A stretch of 64,000 nt of DNA from Cenarchaeum sp. (GTDB lineage Archaea; Thermoproteota; Nitrososphaeria; Nitrososphaerales; Nitrosopumilaceae), in assembly GCA_965242695.1 (NCBI GenBank), contig CBDESU010000001.1:416001-480000 (forward strand). Reading direction: 5' to 3'. The notes below the pieces were generated by a model. That model made no database searches, was not told where the DNA came from, and worked only from the letters and a program-made list of their open reading frames with translations. The position numbers and the translations under genes were made by a program. Below, one piece after another: positions 60,701-64,000 of the stretch; positions within the stretch are counted from its first letter, which is position 1, and each line of letters opens with the position of its first letter.

Positions 60701-63700
60701 GCCGCGCCGGCCGGCATGTACTCGAACGTGGAGCTGCACCCGGGCGGGCCGCGCGGCATCGCCGGAGTCGACGGGTCGGGCGGCGCGCTGCACACGATCC
60801 GCCTGGACGGCGAGGCGGCCGCGTCGCATGCCGCCGCCACGCTCGACATTGCCGCGGTTCCGGCGGCCGCCGGGGACTCGGGGCATCGGTTTGCCGGCGC
60901 GCAGGGGGTGCGCGCCGCCGACGGGCAGGAGCCCCGAGCGGCGCGGGCCGTCGCGTTCTCCGGCTCGGCCGTCCTGGTCACGTTCAGCGAGGCCGTCAGG
61001 GGAGCCGATGCGTCGGGCCTGTCGCTGGAGGGGGCGGCCGGCGGCGATCCGCTCCGGCCGCTGTCCGCCGGCGGAACGGGCGCCTCGCGGCTCTACGACT
61101 TTGCCGGCGCGCCGCTTGCCGAGTACGCGGGCGGCATGGATGCGGTCCTGGCCGCCGGCTCGTACGGGGATGCGGCGGGCAACCAGGGCGCGGCGGCCCG
61201 CATCGGCGTGCGGCCCGCACCGGACGGGTTCGAGTCGCCCGCCGGCGCGCCGGTCCCGATCAGGCAAGACATGGCGGCCACGTCCATATCGGGGGATGCG
61301 CCGAGCATCGACGTCTCGCACATTGCCGACGCGCCGTTTCCCGACCGCGCCGTAGTCGTCTCGTCGAACGCGTCGAACGCGACGGTCACGTTCCCGCCGG
61401 GCGTGGCGATAACGGGCGGCCTGCCCCCCGACGGCGTCATCTCCGTCCTGCCGGCCGCGCGCGCCGTGGAGGATCGCAGCGGGATAGGTGCCGGCCGGAT
61501 AGTCGCGCTAGTCGAGGTAGGCCCTGCGGCCGGCACGATCGCCTTTGATGCGCCGATCCGCATCGCGCTCGCCGGCGCGGCCGGGGCCGAGGCCTTTTGG
61601 ATCGGCGAGGACGGAGCGGCGCGCCTGATTGCGGCGCAGTGCGCGGCCGACTCGCACGAGGCGGCCGCCGCGCAGCTGCGCGGCGCGGGCGAGTGCGCCA
61701 TGGACTCTGGCCCAGACAAGGTCGTCTACACCTACCACCTAAGCGCGTTCGGGGCAGTCGAGCGGCCCGCTGCCGCTGCCGCCGGCGGGGACGGAGACGG
61801 AGGCGCCGGCGGAGGCGCCGGCGGAGGCGCAGGAGGCGCCGACAGGGGCGCAGGCGCAGGCACAGGCGTAGGAGGCGCGCCGCTGCCGGCCCCGACCGGC
61901 CCCTGCGCGTCCGACGTCGACCTGTGCCGCATATCCTCCGTGTCTGGGTTTGGGCAGGCCGGCGCGGCGCTCGGCCCCGTCGCCGCGGCGCCTGCCTCGC
62001 ACGGCGGCCTTGTGTACATTGCCGAGGCGTCGGGCCCCGCCGGCCCCGACGGCGGCGCCTCCGCCTCCGCCGCCACGTCCATCCTGGCGTACGATCCGGC
62101 GGGCCCCTCGCCCTCGCCGCCGGCGGCGCGCTACGAGGTCGGCGGCACGGTATCGGCGATGATGTTTGATGCGCGGGAGGGCCGGCTGGTTGCCGCCTCG
62201 CACGGTGGAGACGAGGGCGGCGGGCCCGCCGGGGCGCCCGCCCGCCTGCACGTGATCGCAGCCGACCTGTCCGAGGGCGCCGACACGCCGCTTGCCTACA
62301 GGGACCGCCTCGGCAGGAATGCGCCCGCCGGCGCCGTCCCTGCGCACCTTGCGGCGGGGCCGGCCGGCATCGTACTGGTCGGCATGAACGCAGAGGGCGC
62401 GGCCCACGACGGGTACATGGAGGACGGGCCGATCCTGTCCGTAGACTACCGCGCCGGAGAGGTGCTGCCCATGTACGGCCCTGGCGAGATCCCGTCGCCG
62501 TCGGGGTACTACTATCCGCTGCAGGGGTGGCAGCCGACGGCGATGGCGGCCAGCTCGGACGGCATGGCGGCGTACATGGCCGGCGCCGTGTGGCTGCCAG
62601 GCAACGACCTGCACACGAGGCCCAACGCGTACGGCCTGCAGGCCGTATCCTTTGACGGCGCGGACGGCCGGTTCACGCCCCGGTACACGCTGCTTGACGG
62701 GGGGCGCCTCGACCTGTCGATCCTGCCCGATCCGGACGGCGGCGAAGGCGGCGCCAGGGCGGGCACGGCGGCGGCCGGAATGGCCCTTTACGAGGCCGCC
62801 TCCCGGCTGTACGTCCTGTTCGAGAACGGGACGCTTGCCGCGTACGGGACGGCGCCGCTCGAGCTGCTCCACGTCGTCGATCGGCTCGGCGCCGGCTCGG
62901 AGCCCGCGGGCCTTGCGATAGACCCCGCCGCCGGCCTGCTGTACGCGGCGACCGGGTCCGGCCTTGCAATGTACTCGGTGCCCGGCGATCGCCTCTTGGA
63001 CTACAGGGACCTGGACGGCATGCCGGCCGGAGTCGCCGTCGCGCCGTCCGATCCGGCCGCCACCGCCACCGGCGGCGGTGCGGGCGGGGCCGTCGCGTAC
63101 GTCCCGACCGCGGCGCCGGACTCGCAGCCGCTGGCCGCCAGGCCGGCCCCTGCCGGCGGCGCGCAGCCGCCGCCCGCGCCGCCGACGCCGCCCGCGCCCC
63201 AGCCTCCCGTCGTCGTGGTGGCCACGCCGCCCGCTCCCGCACAGTCGCCCTTTGGGCCGGGGAGCGGCGGAGGCGGAGGCGGCGGAGGCGGCGGAGGCGG
63301 AGGCGGCGGAGGCGGCGGAGCATGGCCCAGCGTCTCGATACGCTCCGTGTCGTGGGACTGCAGCAGCGCAGTGCTCGAAGCCGTCCTGTCGCACGCGGCC
63401 GGCGCCTCTGTCGACGTGCACGTGTCCTCGTCGGAAGGGAGCGTCAGGGCGCACAGGGCGGCAGCGCAGGGGGCAGGCGATGCGGCCGGCCTTGTCGCAT
63501 ACGAGGCCCCGCTGCCGGCCGATGCGGTGGTGAGCATAAGGGCCCTTGCCGCCGACGGCCGGCTGGTCGGCTCCGACACGCGCACGGTTCGAACCGGCGG
63601 GCAGTGCGAGGGGACGGTCGAGTTTTTGCCGGCAGGGGATGCCGCCCCGGCCGCCGCCCCGGCAGGGAGCGGCGGCGGATCTGCGGATGCCGCGTACGGG

Positions 63701-64000
63701 GCCGATCCGGATCAGGGTTCCGATCGGCCCGCGCCGGCCGCGCAGGAGGCGCCCGGCGATGACGCTGCCGCGCCCGATCCGGCGCCGAGCGGCCGCGGCG
63801 CCGAGGGCGTCCCTGCAGCCGCACCGGGGGACGAGTCGCCGGGGCGGCAGGGACTGCAGCAGCAGGGCGAGCAGGCGCCTCGGCAGCCGGGGCAGGGGGC
63901 GCAGGCCGGGGAGCCGGACGGTTCGGCGCCTCGGCAGGATGCCCCCGGTTCGGGGCAGGGGGCGCAGGCCGGGGAGCCGGACGGTTCGGCGCCTCGGCAG
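48746..64000 (+). CDS. Giant surface protein 3 (>5,000 aa, 3'-truncated by the window), paralog of protein 2; absent from the ORF track
   Basis: Frame opens after TGA 48737 (GTG 48746, TTG 48752, ATG 48812): RRR + MALVLAAVAVAAVAVAVAVP. No stop-terminated + ORF in this frame is listed in the track. Spot translations in this frame give DLSGN/FDE repeats, YTYHLSAFG (61727-61753) and RSVSWDC (~63341-63361). Confidence 0.9.
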   Translation, partial: MRLHAGCIERRRTAGLPASAPAMALVLAAVAVAAVAVAVAVPALSPDAVHVAGGDDAAAAAAAVAGAAAAAAQAILLGATGADILPEAEAQRSRITWIGLYQDYGPRIKIVFSCWPVPSTYNSDYRLVIDGERRNLHSFLYAGRAVLFRITGDTDTSSTGTLDMRASTRSSLGCWHPAHSGITVPDRSSPQLLGVNYDRENSRITFVTGEALRQGSPPPSSIAIKWMDVPAPSGRQHCAAAPGGQVCTNSLYASWSAQRLLSHCGAGGGDPICGNAASLGGATLSKRSAAVYDMSLTAAQVSALDGHLARGHSLVATGAGGAADAAGNRLRPSLMFVTPVPDSSPPEVRSASLDMDGALLTLRFSELVNPSATRPASIALVLPGAGAGGPASASLEGSVVPGGPVPGSNGSVVTIRLAPEPMAAAAAAERIGGALAVNFTAGAFRDVSGRGADASEPGGIALSVILDTKRPAWRVAPHLDLDAGTMTFVFDEYIDASASRPGRITLGGANGSGAFDLGAAALPDGDGQTVALTLAGWHRTRAQAILNEEPPLRAVIARPFSDLSGNLNREWTVSPTVVPDTTAPVVYNATLDQGAGRLILAASEPLDASRVDLGSIYIGGNADGLPANQTSSGSLVHAYGALGAVQHGRMSLAGASPPASDGNALSMGLTAAQRAAFLGEYEFYGGLVANLTAPLYDTAGIATEQARIANDSVIVLEDAAGPAPDPDLPASVNLATGTMAVHLDEYAIVDETAPRKVRIVGADDGAPIAAASSVSDGPNDAAPVVALGNHTGRYNVTASARIVLDVDPGGLAALAEAHSNGTAAVLVLEEGAFADLHGIRSAAATFRSGPTIADLIAWFSGPSAAEPFPYDSSPRIRFADDASPPGLVPGEAPVLDLERGTLSMRFNETIHMQWIDLGAVRLRSAQWDGALSLAGASLPDGDSDTVVIALSESHMAELAGRGPAALGTLVLDVGSHAISDLAHHDFAGLAGSPISVVRDTAGPRILDAALDLGTGVMSVRFDEAVDAAGLNASALTVRAGAGSGANSTAGAGVPLAGAAVAPAPQGRAAGADGLVELAIPHRLLDAVVSSVGPGLPDAAPGAAPDLWQGLLTLYFYGAVLNAAPGLVQDLWGNEFGGAAGWPLRIVPDAVPPKLDDARAGTAHPAVLNLEAGTISLRFDESVSVALADASLMRVAHRNGSAVAELAGAAVGASTAGESVGPAAQRPSAPRLDDLLVIRLTGAQDAALAAAVAASAPALDIVLAAGAVSDASGNANTATAHNLSVAEDKTPPTLAPGGPRPSLDIERGRLSVWFSEAVDGPSADAGGLRVTAAAGAHPTGLLGARLQASAGGELAALLTEAQRASAARALRAAEAGGPPADGPQGARLFLDIEGTAVEDLAHHRFAGASGLPLDVAPDRSPPAVSSAVLDLGRGAGTLTLRAAAGEHLDGNATNPSLLALRGSAHGGACHTALGGAPGLHATSGSTITVRLTAEQKAAIDAGCGRDGPSLVNVSAGAFADASGNPVRAGAAANLSVAPDRSGPALAADPELDLGAGTLLLEFTERIGAGSADASALTLEVGSAGTPARIPLEGAAAAAPPPPSHPALSSRGPQEDHAALVALSLTPAQKSAAVLAGAGAPAPVRADMSAGLAGDILGNRFAGESGRAVSTVADAAPPAIANASLDIGAGSLVLYADEHADGASIDPSGVRIAGPPGVGLSGAHPSASHSSARPAVVLNLTEAQRASAAAAHNGTTEGLAVDVDAAAFADLSGNPVQARSGIALAVAADADPPALAADPVLNLSDETLTLWFDEWVDASRTDTSGIRAHGAQQAGAPAGGPGTASLANATLRAASDGARVTLALTDAIETAVLAANLTHGPLRITFPDGAFRDMSGNALENAANLTLAITSDGDAPLPCGAHNASDPGMCGTGGAPAGQVLDLDAGMLLLRFDEPVDSSRIDLAGLAVGGAGGLNRTSLGGAAVVAPDADTAHPSVALTRMQLAAASSAHRAASQGPQQDDGASLLLDIAEGAVINAAGIPIRGVEGLALGVRDDTTGPAPDAVRAASLDMGIGELAVPLDEWADPAQVNASAIALRAGGQSTAVRLGGPGAPPAQALGDVVAVRLSPEQKTAAAAALEAARQPGAPLGPMAADLDAGAFADLSGNPSGRASALPVNVTADALPPGLAAPPALDLSSGALVLRFDEQVWAAPGADPSGLAISDSAGDHATLLSGAALPSDPDVAVVLALSQAQKASVVGALAAIAPASDLYLSIPAGFFVDSGRLGSAAVQRVPVAVALDAAPPELSAPAGQPHALDLSAGTLALRFDEHVDAARTDAAGLSLVGAAGAGRVPLAGAAVSAANGASAGGLLVSLTPDQKARAVAVGAAGLDASGSSVFDLSGNPMRAVRSIPLGVSADTAPPDPDEAGIVLDLSAGTLEVRFDEYVDASRMNASLIRILDGLGVEHASLAGASAAPSAGDGTVAVVSMTAHQEASAVEATRAAEGRPALASIAAGAFYDLSGNPSPAVRAAQIVLAADGDPPRLADGIAPEVDLGSGILTVRFSEYVDLGTANLSGAAVRPALGGDAPAAPAVPLAGLSAGGGGGYARDMAVALAPSGKAAAVAAYAASGGLLLDMRPGAVEDLAMHGSAAVDGARMAVAPDSTAPGLLPENATLDMGRGVLRIHLDEYVDAAAADASALALVILPAGGGGGGGGGGGGGGGGAEEAGRLPLAGARAVASPNASDSGASAGIGATDAPAILLTAAQKAWAHRVPEGRLGLEAAPGAFADLSGNQLSDAGARLGVDRAPDGIPPALDPSSRPVLNLATGRLAVALDEFVDARAVDMSAIAILGGNGSGRQPAADAVVVASLEGAALVEGAAQGAPGIGGMPRVQLQLTAGQAAAAEEFRLSGAAGGALSIGLRAGAFADLAGNPSRAVAAAPALVLDDDAAPLLAAAPLLDLDGAGATLSILFNEAVDAPAIDLAGIAIAAPGRAPAAGAAPGLSGAALPAAPAPNVSISLTPAQKLRVLGDLFDPDGPGSLELGISPAAVSDLAGNAFAGVNGSYLPVRPDTTPPRLAAPPVLDLGAGTVRIELDEAVLVPAGADPAAGMLLGLPASGPAAALVGMGGSEMSLSPGRDAILVSLTAAQKASAVAAAARQAAAPHSLIIPNGTITDVSGNQLAGLGPGGAAALEVAADHAPPAIARAPVLDLGAGTLAFSFSEHVNVSSADPSRIAVDGNPAAGNDHVRLGGSGVLAGGGPGGAAGSADVSLALSPDHKGRILDGPGGVDAAAHAHADIGAGAFDDLSGNHLPRIDDLGLSVVPDRTPPALAAAPAIDLGRGMVGLEFDEWVDPARASLRAVSLAVHAAGGGAGNGSDAAGRERSMDVSGAELVQDRRGAGASGGHLAEIRLTADQKAWASAAYADASAARGLEVGVRLGAGAFRDLAGNPLAGADAPARADVSPDLVPPALDPSRPPVLNLATSTLAIYLTEHAGAQGIDASALVLRGPPGGGGGDQGGVTLAGASQDAGYDPSRPRLTLTGEQARGAAAAAGASNSTAGRGSLLLDAAAGAVEDLAGNPSEAARGLPVALVDDGTPPEVQPPAVLDLGAGVLTVRFSEALDPRIGLQGISIARQDGGDGSRPAGEDMSGAELRADAPADTVAVLLSPAQKAWAVEAAAAGPVALAVARGAVEDLAGNPVGDEPGVPVAVEDDRVPPGLLAGARPVVDLNDGTILFRFDEYIDAATADPSRIVLRLSGPAAAALDPSAPGGGETSVRLGGPAAAPPEPAAGDGASLSVPLTPAQKAWAVGTEAAAPGHILVDIAAGMVADLSGNRLPAAGGLEDVVVADAEPPHLGEPGPVLDINRGALTLVFDEHMDVSASDALGISASRAAGGAPIYLGGSINGTGDSETIVVAIGAEHLGDLEAAASGGGGLLLDVAPRSLFDLSGNPFGGLAASPVSTLRPAEVESAAVTGPSEIAVRYTESLAAPAGMYSNVELHPGGPRGIAGVDGSGGALHTIRLDGEAAASHAAATLDIAAVPAAAGDSGHRFAGAQGVRAADGQEPRAARAVAFSGSAVLVTFSEAVRGADASGLSLEGAAGGDPLRPLSAGGTGASRLYDFAGAPLAEYAGGMDAVLAAGSYGDAAGNQGAAARIGVRPAPDGFESPAGAPVPIRQDMAATSISGDAPSIDVSHIADAPFPDRAVVVSSNASNATVTFPPGVAITGGLPPDGVISVLPAARAVEDRSGIGAGRIVALVEVGPAAGTIAFDAPIRIALAGAAGAEAFWIGEDGAARLIAAQCAADSHEAAAAQLRGAGECAMDSGPDKVVYTYHLSAFGAVERPAAAAAGGDGDGGAGGGAGGGAGGADRGAGAGTGVGGAPLPAPTGPCASDVDLCRISSVSGFGQAGAALGPVAAAPASHGGLVYIAEASGPAGPDGGASASAATSILAYDPAGPSPSPPAARYEVGGTVSAMMFDAREGRLVAASHGGDEGGGPAGAPARLHVIAADLSEGADTPLAYRDRLGRNAPAGAVPAHLAAGPAGIVLVGMNAEGAAHDGYMEDGPILSVDYRAGEVLPMYGPGEIPSPSGYYYPLQGWQPTAMAASSDGMAAYMAGAVWLPGNDLHTRPNAYGLQAVSFDGADGRFTPRYTLLDGGRLDLSILPDPDGGEGGARAGTAAAGMALYEAASRLYVLFENGTLAAYGTAPLELLHVVDRLGAGSEPAGLAIDPAAGLLYAATGSGLAMYSVPGDRLLDYRDLDGMPAGVAVAPSDPAATATGGGAGGAVAYVPTAAPDSQPLAARPAPAGGAQPPPAPPTPPAPQPPVVVVATPPAPAQSPFGPGSGGGGGGGGGGGGGGGGGGAWPSVSIRSVSWDCSSAVLEAVLSHAAGASVDVHVSSSEGSVRAHRAAAQGAGDAAGLVAYEAPLPADAVVSIRALAADGRLVGSDTRTVRTGGQCEGTVEFLPAGDAAPAAAPAGSGGGSADAAYGADPDQGSDRPAPAAQEAPGDDAAAPDPAPSGRGAEGVPAAAPGDESPGRQGLQQQGEQAPRQPGQGAQAGEPDGSAPRQDAPGSGQGAQAGEPDGSAPRQ
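63889..64000 (+). repeat. 63-bp tandem repeat in the Pro/Gly/Gln linker of protein 3 (at least 2 copies, truncated)
   Basis: ggggcagggggcgcaggccggggagccggacggttcggcgcctcggcag at 63889 and 63952. Confidence 0.85.

Noticed and set aside
26931-64000. Diversity-generating retroelement or invertible cassette acting on the adhesin tips
   Set aside because: No reverse transcriptase, recombinase, or template/variable repeat pair with A-specific mismatches seen in the window.

Overview
Very GC-rich archaeal DNA. Gene content (rps26e, rps25e, rpo6/rpoK, pdaD, NAD kinase-HTH, CFI-box-CTERM anchor, archaeal TATA boxes about 25-30 nt upstream of starts) points to Nitrososphaerota (Thaumarchaeota, Nitrosopumilaceae-like). 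The high GC and giant surface proteins suggest a host-associated, Cenarchaeum-like lineage (inference). The first ~26 kb is housekeeping DNA (pfkB kinase, NAD kinase, pyrG, deoxyhypusine synthase, YhaM-like nuclease, rpoK, DEAD-box helicase, tRNA-Thr, pdaD). It is interrupted by accessory elements: an IS66-family transposase with an Ala-rich repeat tail, a 126-bp tandem-repeat ORF, a solo DUF262 protein, a tRNA-adjacent islet with DUF3037, a HEPN-like/TPR protein and a transposase remnant. The last ~37 kb is three tandem giant secreted proteins of 1,904 aa, 5,168 aa and >5,000 aa. The third is missing from the ORF track because it runs off the window. All three share an Ig-like repeat stalk, a distinct N-terminal tip and a Cys-containing module ending in H-[L/F]-[T/S]-x-F-G, which matches the GPS/ZU5/Nup98-type autoproteolysis signature. 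Two of the three carry poly-G tracts in their first codons. The main hypothesis is a locus of self-cleaving, possibly phase-variable giant adhesins.
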